From: Verrucomicrobiota bacterium
GTDB taxonomy: Bacteria > Verrucomicrobiota > Verrucomicrobiia > Limisphaerales > Palsa-1400
Assembly (NCBI GenBank): GCA_049510745.1
Contig: JBEKYR010000064.1
Span: 1-19,573, forward strand
Direction of reading: 5' to 3'
DNA: 19,573 nucleotides
Shown here: positions 1-7,652 of the stretch, piece by piece
Layout: each line of letters starts with the position of its first letter
How positions within the stretch are numbered: the stretch's first letter is position 1
Translations under genes and position numbers: made by a program
Notes under the pieces: model-generated
What the model saw: the letters and a program-made list of their open reading frames with translations, nothing else
The model's database searches: none
Told to the model about the DNA's origin: nothing

Positions 1-58
1 AATTTTCCTTGCGCGGAATTCCTCAGGTGTTGCCTAAGAACCGTTGCAGTACATCCCG

Positions 59-108
59 GGGAGCGCACGCGCCTTCGCGTGCAGCGGTCGGCGCCCTCGC
101 CGACCGCT
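59..108. repeat. REP-like tandem GC-rich hairpins
   Basis: GCACGCG-cctt-CGCGTGC (65-82) is immediately followed by AGCGGTCGGCG-ccct-CGCCGACCGCT (83-108). Both stems are perfect, and they lie downstream of the RM gene stop. Confidence 0.6.
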
Positions 109-197
109 TCTTCGCTCTCCTAACCCGGAGCAAACCCGCCGGTTTGATGCACTCTGGCGCGTTCGTCGGCCTGTTGGCTTGCGCGCGTGGGCGGCAA

Positions 198-3100
198 TCA
201 AACAAGCTCGTCCCCCTGTTTCATCCGCTGCGTCTTTGACTTCTTGGTTTTCGCCGCCCTGACTTCTTCGGCGGCGCGCGTCAGATTCAACGCCAGAAGC
301 CTCTCCAGAATCTGCTCATCCGTCAAATCAGGGGGGAAGCCGTAGGCGGCGGCGACGGCGGCATCCAGTTTCTTGTGGGCCAGGTCCAGCCAGGCCGGGC
401 GCTCGTTGTAAAGTTTCGTCAGCGTGCGCTCTTTGAGTTTCGCCGCGCAATCGGCATCGCGGGGTTCCAGGCGCGGATAACGCACCACGCCGATTCCATT
501 TTTGCCCGGATGCACGACATAGCGCGCCCAGGGGCCGTCGGCCGAGCCGGGGAATTCCAGAATTCTTTCGACCGTCCACTCCAGCGGATTGAGCCAGCGC
601 TCGCGCAGTTGGTTCAATTCCTCCGCGGCGGCGGCGATTTCGGCGCGATGTTCGTCCGGCGTCCTGCCTGAACTGCCGTAACGGGGCGAGTCCTCTTTGC
701 CCATGAAATAATTTTTCGCCGCCAGGTTTTCTGCATAGCTGGTGTCGGGTGCGGGCGCAACGCGCTTGGGTGGCGGCGGCGGCGGCGGCTGAAGATCGTC
801 GGCGAACGGAAACGGGAAAGTCTCAAAGCAGGTTGTCGGCGTGTAGCGAAAGCCTGATTCCTTCTCGCGTAACTGTGTCCCTTGTGCCAGTGCCCAGACT
901 TCGTGGAAATACGATTGGAGAATTCCAAAAAAATAATCATCTTCACGCGCAAAGGCAACGGTTGCAGAATCCGGCAACAAGACTGATTCTCGCCAAACAA
1001 AAATGCGATGCTTTGCGACTCGTGCAGTTGCCAGAAATCGTGAAACACGAATGCTTGCCTCTCTGAATTCAGGGCGGCTTCTGCCAAACAACCACCAGAG
1101 CTTTGGGCGATTGCTTGAACTTGCTTTCAAGCGGGTCGCTTTTATGTGCTTCACCGTAAAATCAAAAGCGGCTTCATATTTTGCTGCTTCATGCTCGGCT
1201 CTGGTGTCAAAATCTATAACCCACGAATGAGACGGACGTCTTGTAACATCCTCCCCATTAAAGTAGGGCCGGACTACGTCGCTGCTCGTCACTGGGTGAG
1301 CGTTCGGAGCTGATAACAAGGAAATGGCTACTTGGTTTTCTATCACAAATGGACCTGCTGGAAGCAAGCCAATGAAACCCAAGCCTCCATTGGATTTGAG
1401 AATTGACGCACTCGTTATATTGGTTTCGCTAGAGAGATTTGGGTGAATTTCCGTTACGACTTTGCCATCAAGAACTCTAATTTTTTCGCTTCCGGCGTCG
1501 AAGGCAATCATGCTGACATGTACCACAGCTCCATCCAGCGTCCACTCTCGGTCACTGATCGCGAAGAAAATGTCACCTGTTTCCTTGATCCGCTTCAAGA
1601 CTTCGCGGTTAGCACCGCCGCGAATTCCTTGTGTCGCCAGCAAGCCAGCGCGTTTGCATTTGCCGTGCTCAATCAGATCACGCGCCTTTTCAAACCAATA
1701 GCAGCAAAGGTCAGATTGGCCGGGAATTCGCTTGCCGTAAACCTTGCGGAGTTCTTCAACGTAGTCATCGCCAAGTTCTCCACGCATGAGTTTATCGCCA
1801 AGAAACGGCGGATTGCTTACGATCACATCGCATTTCGGCCATTCCCGTTCGGTGTAGAACTTCAAGCTGTCGTCGCGTTTGTGTTCGCCTGCTTGCGCTT
1901 CCTTGAGCGTCTTGGCCTTGCTGTGGAAATGCGGCACAAGCAAGGCGTCCTCATTTTGGAAGCCGTCCAGCACCTGCAAAACGGGCGTGCGGTCATTGTC
2001 AAAGCCGTTGTCGCGCCGCCATTGCAGATAACCGATTTGCACGGACACTTGCGCCAGCTCGAAAGCGTAGGGATTGATTTCAATGGCCTTCAACTGCGAC
2101 ACGGACACTTGCGGCCTGAACGCAAAACCGAGTTGCACGGCAAACGTGATGACTTCCTTTTCGAGTCCAAGGAGCAATTGGAGCGAGACATAAAGAAAGT
2201 TGCCGCTGCCGCACCCTGGATCAAGCACCGTCACTGACGAAAGCTGCTTTTGGAATTTGGCCAGCCGTTCGCGTTGCGCGACGCTACCTTTGCCTTTGAC
2301 GCAGGCGGCGGCAAGCTCCCCTTTGATTTTGGCCCATTCGCGCCGGAAGGGTTGCATCAAAACCGGTTCGACGATTGTTTTGATGTCGGCTTCACTGGTG
2401 TAATGCGCGCCCAGTTGCGCGCGCTGGCTGTCATCCATGGCGCGCTGAAAGAGCGTGCCCATGATGCTGGGTTCAATGAACTGCCAGTCGGCTTCGCCGG
2501 CGTCGGCCAGCTTTTTCAATTCATCTTCGGTGACTTCAAAAACGGTCGAATCCTCGAAAAGATGCCCGTTGAAATGGCGGATTTTGTCTTTGCCGAAAGT
2601 GCCACCCCTGGCCATGATTTTGAAAAGTGTTTCGAGCGTTTCGGCGAAGTGGCGCAGATCGTCGAGGCCGGTCTTGAGCAGTTCAGTGAAAAGTTTTTCC
2701 GGCAACAGTCCGGTGTCCTCGGCAAAGAAACAAAAGACGATGCGGTTGAGAAAGCGGGCGATGCGAAGGTTTTTCTTTTGCGCGACCGTAACTTCGGCGC
2801 GGCTCTTGGCGTCGGCCAGTTCGACGCTTTCGCGGCTTTGCAGTGACTTGGCGATTTCGGCAATTTGCCCCGCAAGGTTTATCGTGACTTGGGCTGTGGT
2901 GCGCTGCGGTTTGAGATAATCCGGGCTTTCAAAAAGCGCGTGAAGAATCCGCAAGTTTTCCGGGCGGTCAATCTGGTCGTTGATGAATTCGTAAACTTCC
3001 TGCACCGTGCCGTTAAAGTTCGTTTTGACAATGTAGCGGTCAAAATCGCACACCACGAGCAAGGGCGGATTGAGCAATGATTCGCGGTAGCGGAGAAGCT

Positions 3101-3407
3101 GCTTGTAAGCCGCGTCGAGGTTTTTCTTTTTGCCTTTGTATTCCCAGGCGAAACAGCCCTTTTTCCAAACGTCAGCAAAACCGCGCTCGGTCGGGTCGCC
3201 GGCGTCCGGCGTCTCCTCCAACCCGAAAAGCTCCGCGTCTTTGACAACACGTTTTTGGAAGCAAAAGGACTCGCTGCCGGACGGGTCGGCTTCGGCGGGC
3301 GTGGGCTGGCCAAGCAAGCGGCAGAGGTCATCGAAATGCCCCTGGTAGGCGGAAGTTTCCTTGCCCTGGTAGCGCGACCATTTCCTTTTGAATTCGGCGG
3401 CGGTCAT
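198..3407 (-). CDS. MmeI-like Type IIL/IIG fused restriction endonuclease / N6-adenine DNA methyltransferase
   Basis: 1069-aa ORF. It has an N-terminal PD-(D/E)xK-like motif (GFADVWKKGCFAWEYK), GAHYT, SAM-binding motif I (VLDPGCGSGNFL), catalytic motif IV (NPPF), and an MmeI-family C-terminus (LTKLYNERPAWLDLAHKKLDAAVAAAYG...ILERLLALN). Confidence 0.93.
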   Translation of the reverse strand: MTAAEFKRKWSRYQGKETSAYQGHFDDLCRLLGQPTPAEADPSGSESFCFQKRVVKDAELFGLEETPDAGDPTERGFADVWKKGCFAWEYKGKKKNLDAAYKQLLRYRESLLNPPLLVVCDFDRYIVKTNFNGTVQEVYEFINDQIDRPENLRILHALFESPDYLKPQRTTAQVTINLAGQIAEIAKSLQSRESVELADAKSRAEVTVAQKKNLRIARFLNRIVFCFFAEDTGLLPEKLFTELLKTGLDDLRHFAETLETLFKIMARGGTFGKDKIRHFNGHLFEDSTVFEVTEDELKKLADAGEADWQFIEPSIMGTLFQRAMDDSQRAQLGAHYTSEADIKTIVEPVLMQPFRREWAKIKGELAAACVKGKGSVAQRERLAKFQKQLSSVTVLDPGCGSGNFLYVSLQLLLGLEKEVITFAVQLGFAFRPQVSVSQLKAIEINPYAFELAQVSVQIGYLQWRRDNGFDNDRTPVLQVLDGFQNEDALLVPHFHSKAKTLKEAQAGEHKRDDSLKFYTEREWPKCDVIVSNPPFLGDKLMRGELGDDYVEELRKVYGKRIPGQSDLCCYWFEKARDLIEHGKCKRAGLLATQGIRGGANREVLKRIKETGDIFFAISDREWTLDGAVVHVSMIAFDAGSEKIRVLDGKVVTEIHPNLSSETNITSASILKSNGGLGFIGLLPAGPFVIENQVAISLLSAPNAHPVTSSDVVRPYFNGEDVTRRPSHSWVIDFDTRAEHEAAKYEAAFDFTVKHIKATRLKASSSNRPKLWWLFGRSRPEFREASIRVSRFLATARVAKHRIFVWRESVLLPDSATVAFAREDDYFFGILQSYFHEVWALAQGTQLREKESGFRYTPTTCFETFPFPFADDLQPPPPPPPKRVAPAPDTSYAENLAAKNYFMGKEDSPRYGSSGRTPDEHRAEIAAAAEELNQLRERWLNPLEWTVERILEFPGSADGPWARYVVHPGKNGIGVVRYPRLEPRDADCAAKLKERTLTKLYNERPAWLDLAHKKLDAAVAAAYGFPPDLTDEQILERLLALNLTRAAEEVRAAKTKKSKTQRMKQGDELV

Positions 3408-3509
3408 TCAGTTCTGAGCGAAAATGACAGGCCAATTCTGGCAAACGTTTCCTCAAACATCACCGGCATGGGAGGATCTTACCCGGGATCAGGTTCTCCG
3501 GCAAGCACT

Positions 3510-3562
3510 GGCATGTCGCCTGTGTTGCGATGGGTGTTTGGGTGCGACACAGGCGATTTGCC
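3510..3562. repeat. Long imperfect inverted repeat (degenerate REP-like palindrome)
   Basis: GGCATGTCGCCTGTGTTGC (3510-3528) pairs with GCGACACAGGCGATTTGCC (3544-3562), with one mismatch and two G-T pairs. Confidence 0.6.
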
Positions 3563-3755
3563 CGTATTGAAGCACGGCGGAATGACCCCGGCTCCGGCAG
3601 TGATTTCCTTCAGCGGCGGAGCGTTGGGCGTGGCACAGGGAGTGCAGCGGGACGGTCGCGCTCCCACGAAGGCGCCAAGGCTTTTGCCAGTTGTCCCGTC
3701 CTCCATAGCTCCAGCGAAATGGAATTTCGCGGCAATTCCGCACCCCTTTTGCCCA

Positions 3756-3818
3756 ACTCACTCATTCACTGATTCACTGACTCGCTCATTCTCCTCCAAT
3801 TCACTGATTCAATCATTC
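3756..3818. repeat. Degenerate 8-bp tandem repeat (ATTCACTG)
   Basis: Units: ACTCACTC ATTCACTG ATTCACTG ACTCGCTC ATTCTCCT ... ATTCACTG ATTCAATC ATTC. Confidence 0.65.
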
Positions 3819-3886
3819 TTAAATTCGCTTTTTTTTCCTTCCGTAGGTTTTTCGTCTTGATAGACCTGTGCTTAAATCGAGCCAGC

Positions 3887-4243
3887 ATGAATGATCAATG
3901 CAACATGCAAAGTGCTCAGTGCGGCCCGGTCAACACCGGCCCGTGGATCGGAGACCTCTCCCATCGCATCCGCCATTCGTCGCCTTGGTCCCATTGGTCC
4001 CATTGGCTCACCAGTCAAACCTTGAACGTTCGCCCTCGTATGCAACATTCGCCCTCATTTGCAGGTGACAGACTTAACGCTAAAGCTCAGTCCAGGACCG
4101 TTCCAAACGCTGACGCCATGCGCCGCCAGCACCGGGAACTGCTCCGAAAACCCGCCAAAGAAGCCCGAATCAACCTGGAAAACGAATCGAAAAACCCGGC
4201 CAAATCCGGAAAAATCCGGCCAAATCCGGCTAAATCGGGCTAA
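3887..4243 (+). CDS. Doubtful hypothetical protein running through short tandem repeats
   Basis: 118-codon ORF from ATG 3887 with no recognisable domain. Its WSHWSHW and NPAKSG segments come from DNA tandem repeats, so it may be non-coding. Confidence 0.2.
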   Translation: MNDQCNMQSAQCGPVNTGPWIGDLSHRIRHSSPWSHWSHWLTSQTLNVRPRMQHSPSFAGDRLNAKAQSRTVPNADAMRRQHRELLRKPAKEARINLENESKNPAKSGKIRPNPAKSG

Positions 4244-4250
4244 ATCGGGC
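4191..4250. repeat. 10-bp tandem repeat, 6 copies (nAAATCCGGC)
   Basis: AAAACCCGGC CAAATCCGGA AAAATCCGGC CAAATCCGGC TAAATCGGGC TAAATCGGGC, followed by further A-tracts to 4272. Confidence 0.9.
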
Positions 4251-4446
4251 CAAAAAATGAAAATTCAAAAAATACCCGGACCCGGCGACGGCGGCCGGAG
4301 ACGAAATACCTCACAAGCACTGCGCAATTGCGGCTTGCCCTCCAGCGGCGCTGACGAGTGTCCACATAGTGAGATGCGGTCACCGGCGAATTGCCCGCCG
4401 CGATTTGCCTGGACGGCCCGGCGATTCTGCCAAATGCTGTCCCACC

Positions 4447-6216
4447 ATGAACCGGCGCTGGTGGATTGCCTTTCTGACGCTCTCGCTTCCCGCCGCCCTT
4501 CCGCTGGGCGCCCAAAGCTTCATCCGCGTCAACCAACTCGGTTACCTTCCGCGGGATGCCAAGATCGCCCTGGCCTTCGGCTCCGCGACGCCGGCCGATT
4601 CCTTCGCCGTGCGCGACGCGGCGAGCGGCGTCGAGCTTTGGCGCGGCCCAACCCGCCCCGCGCCCGGTTCTTCGTGGGGAACATGGACGAACTTCGCGGA
4701 ACTGGATTTCTCCGGCTTCGACAAACCGGGCCGCTACGTTCTGCGCCTGGCGGAGGCGCAATCGCCGCCCTTCACGATTGCCGGCGGCCTCTACGCCCCG
4801 TTGCCGGATGAATTGCTCGAATTCATGCGCGAGCAACGCTGCGGGTACAATCCGTTTCTCGACCAGACGTGCCACTCGCTGGACGGACGGACCGCCGGCG
4901 GTCCGCTGCCCGCGGGAACCCGGCTGGATTGCACGGGCGGCTGGCACGACGCGGGGGATTTGCTCAAATACTTGTTGACATCCGGCAACGCCACCGCGCA
5001 AATGCTTCTGGCCTGGCGCCTGGCTGCCGCGCCGGGTGTATTTCACGATGCCGTCCAGGCGGACGGGCGGCCCGGAACCAACGGCCTGCCCGATCTTCTT
5101 GACGAGGCGCGCTGGGGGCTGGAATGGATGCTCAAATTGCATCCCACCCCGGACGCGCTCTATCACCAGGTGGCGGACGACCGCGACCATTGCGGCTGGC
5201 GTTTGCCCAAGGACGACTACGCCGATTACGGCTGGGGCCGGGGAAGCAATCGGGTGGTCTATTATGCGACCGGCCAGCCGCAGGGACTCAAGGAGTACAA
5301 GAGCGAGTCCACCGGCATCGCCAATCTGGCCGGCCGCTACGCCGCCGCCATGGCCTTGGGCGGCATGATTTTCAAGGACCGCGATCGGCCCTTTGCCGAA
5401 AAATGCCTGCGCGCCGGAATGGAAGTCTATCGCCTGGGCCGGACCCACGAGGGCGTCCAGCAGGGCAACTCCTACAGCGCCCCCTATCGTTACGCCGAAA
5501 CCACCTGGACCGACGATATGGAATGGGGCGCGGCGGCGCTCTTCGCGGCCACGCGCGACGCGGGCTACCTCGCCGACGCCCAACACTACGCGCTCCTGGC
5601 CGGTTCCGAATCCTGGATGGGCCGGGAGCAGACCGGCCACTATCAATACTACCCTTTCATCAACCCCGGCCATTTTATGCTTTACGAATTCGCCGATAGC
5701 GCGTTGCGCCGGAGTCTGGCCGGCTATTACCGCGAAGGGATCGAGCGTTGCCTGGCCGTGGCGGGAAAGAATCCCTACCGCATCGGCGTCCCGTTTATCT
5801 GGTGCTCGAACAATCTGCTCGCCGCCCTGGTCACGCAATGCCTGCTTTACGAACGGATGACCGGCGACCAGCGTTACCACGAGTTCATGTGCCTCCAACG
5901 CGACTGGCTGCTGGGACGCAATCCCTGGGGGACTTCGATGTTCACCGGCATCCCGGCGGACGGAGTTTTCCCGCGCCATCCCCACCTGATGACCACGCTG
6001 CTGACGGGGCGCCCGGTCCGCGGCGGGCTGGTCGATGGCCCGGTTTATGAGCGGATTTTTAAAACATTAAAGGGCATAAGCGCGCCCGCCGACGATCCCT
6101 TCGCCCCCTTCCAAAGCGAGCAAGCCGTCTATCACGACGACCTGGGTGATTACTCCTCGAACGAACCGACCATGGACGGGACGGCCTCGGCGATTCTGAT
6201 GTGGGCGCTGTTTTGA
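4447..6216 (+). CDS. Secreted glycoside hydrolase family 9 (endoglucanase-like) with N-terminal Ig-like domain
   Basis: ATG 4447 gives a signal peptide (MNRRWWIAFLTLSLPAALPLGA). IRVNQLGY starts the CelD_N-like domain. GH9 motifs GGWHDAGD, PRHPH and YHDDLGDYSSNEPTMD (catalytic Glu) are present. Confidence 0.93.
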   Translation: MNRRWWIAFLTLSLPAALPLGAQSFIRVNQLGYLPRDAKIALAFGSATPADSFAVRDAASGVELWRGPTRPAPGSSWGTWTNFAELDFSGFDKPGRYVLRLAEAQSPPFTIAGGLYAPLPDELLEFMREQRCGYNPFLDQTCHSLDGRTAGGPLPAGTRLDCTGGWHDAGDLLKYLLTSGNATAQMLLAWRLAAAPGVFHDAVQADGRPGTNGLPDLLDEARWGLEWMLKLHPTPDALYHQVADDRDHCGWRLPKDDYADYGWGRGSNRVVYYATGQPQGLKEYKSESTGIANLAGRYAAAMALGGMIFKDRDRPFAEKCLRAGMEVYRLGRTHEGVQQGNSYSAPYRYAETTWTDDMEWGAAALFAATRDAGYLADAQHYALLAGSESWMGREQTGHYQYYPFINPGHFMLYEFADSALRRSLAGYYREGIERCLAVAGKNPYRIGVPFIWCSNNLLAALVTQCLLYERMTGDQRYHEFMCLQRDWLLGRNPWGTSMFTGIPADGVFPRHPHLMTTLLTGRPVRGGLVDGPVYERIFKTLKGISAPADDPFAPFQSEQAVYHDDLGDYSSNEPTMDGTASAILMWALF

Positions 6217-6224
6217 GGGACGAA

Positions 6225-7442
6225 TTACGGGGCGGCAGGCGGGGCTGGGAGCGGGATATGTGTCAAGTATTGCATTGTCACGGCCGACGTGAGGAAGCAG
6301 AGCACGGCGCAGATCAGGTAGGGGAGCGGGGCGTTCCGGACGAACAGGCTCGCCGCAAAGACCGGACCGGCGATCCGCGCCAGGCTCCCCACTCCCTGCG
6401 CCACTCCCATCGTCGCCCCTTGCTCGTGCGCGGGCGTCAGCATCGAGATCATCCCAAAAACCGGCGGACGGGTCAGGCTGGAGCCGATGGAAAAAACGCC
6501 CAGGCCCGCCAGGAGCAAACCCCACGCGCGCAAAAAGGGCAGGATGCCAATCCCGACGGCCGCGAGAAAGAGGCTCAATGAAATCAGTTTCGGTTCGCCC
6601 ATCATCTTGACCAGCCGTTTGATGGCGCCGCCTTGCACCGCTGCGCCCACCACGCCGCAGTAAGCGATGAGCCAGGAAACCGTCCCCAGCCCCGCTCCCG
6701 AATTGGCGTCGATCTGGAAATTCTTCACGACCAGCAGCCCAATGGTCGTCTCGAAGCAGGTGAAACAAAAGGTCGCCAGAAAAAAGATGCCGATGAGCAA
6801 ATTGAGGCGCGGCGCGCGCATAATATGGAGCCATTGTTCGACGTGCGTCCGTTGCGTGACGGCGTGGGCCGCCGGCTGCCAGCTTTCCGCCAACCGCACA
6901 TAGGCCCAGATGAAATTCAGCGCGCACAACCCGGCCGCCGTCCACCCGGGCGCCCGCATCCCGAAGTATTTGCTGCTCAACCCCCCCAGCACCGGCCCGA
7001 GGATGAAGCCGAGGCCAAAGGCCATGCCGATCAAGCCCATCCTGGCCGAGCGTTTCTCCGGCGGTGTGATGTCGGCGATGTAGGCTTGGGCCACGGTGAT
7101 GTTCGCCCCGCAAATGCCGGCAAAGAGCCGCGAGACCAAAATGACCAGCAGCGCCGTGCCGCCCGACAACCCGGAGCCAATGGCAAAAATCACGTAGGAC
7201 AAACACGCGCACGCGGTGCTCCCCAACAAAACCGGACGCCGCCCCACCCGGTCGGAAAGCCGCCCCCAAACGGGCGAGAAGAGAAATTGCATCAGCGAGT
7301 AGGACCCCAGGATGGCCCCGATCATCCAGCCCGGCGCGTGAAAATTTGAGGTGTAAATGGGGATCAGGGGCAGGATCAGCCCAAACCCCACCAGGTCAAT
7401 CAAGACCGTGAGAAAAATGATTCCAATCGATGGCTTCTTCAT
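6225..7442 (-). CDS. MFS transporter, TetA-like drug:H+ antiporter (DHA1) family
   Basis: 405 aa with about 12 hydrophobic segments. It has IFLTVLIDLVGFGLILP, motif A (GRLSDRVGRRPVL), AQAYIADIT and motif C-like GLGFILGPVLGG. Confidence 0.93.
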   Translation of the reverse strand: MKKPSIGIIFLTVLIDLVGFGLILPLIPIYTSNFHAPGWMIGAILGSYSLMQFLFSPVWGRLSDRVGRRPVLLGSTACACLSYVIFAIGSGLSGGTALLVILVSRLFAGICGANITVAQAYIADITPPEKRSARMGLIGMAFGLGFILGPVLGGLSSKYFGMRAPGWTAAGLCALNFIWAYVRLAESWQPAAHAVTQRTHVEQWLHIMRAPRLNLLIGIFFLATFCFTCFETTIGLLVVKNFQIDANSGAGLGTVSWLIAYCGVVGAAVQGGAIKRLVKMMGEPKLISLSLFLAAVGIGILPFLRAWGLLLAGLGVFSIGSSLTRPPVFGMISMLTPAHEQGATMGVAQGVGSLARIAGPVFAASLFVRNAPLPYLICAVLCFLTSAVTMQYLTHIPLPAPPAAP

Positions 7443-7592
7443 TGTTTTCCGGCAACACGCAACCGCAACGTCCCCCCAATATGCGTTACCCGGCCGCCCC
7501 TGCGCAACTGTTCATCTGCCCGCTGTCGTTGCGGGCCGGTTCGCGCACGTCTGGAGGCGGCCGTGTCATTTGAAATACGACGGTTTTCTTCG

Positions 7593-7620
7593 TTTACAAA
7601 GTCGTTCCTTGCTGTATCAT
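7593..7620 (+). promoter_or_regulatory. Candidate sigma70 promoter of the large secreted protein
   Basis: TTTACA (7593-7598), 16 nt, TATCAT (7615-7620), ending 32 nt before ATG 7653. Confidence 0.5.
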
Positions 7621-7652
7621 TCGACCCGTCCAATGAAAAGAGGGCTGATCCT

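Noticed and set aside
927..933. A7 tract (and G6 at 331-336) in the RM gene as a phase-variation switch
   Set aside because: Tracts are short and the frame is intact; no evidence of variation from the sequence alone.
3756..4250. Possible CRISPR array in the repeat-rich spacer
   Set aside because: Repeats are 8-19 bp and directly tandem, with no unique spacers and no cas genes.
4240..5985. 581-aa minus-strand ORF
   Set aside because: Antisense shadow of the GH9 gene, expected in high-GC coding DNA; no recognisable motifs.
6225..7442. Calling the MFS gene tetA (tetracycline resistance)
   Set aside because: Only family-level similarity, no adjacent tetR, and the substrate cannot be determined from sequence.
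7490..7515. CCCCTGCGCAACTGT resembling part of a cobalamin riboswitch
   Set aside because: The upstream GGGAA/GGTG..AA.TCC elements are absent and the gene context is not B12-related.
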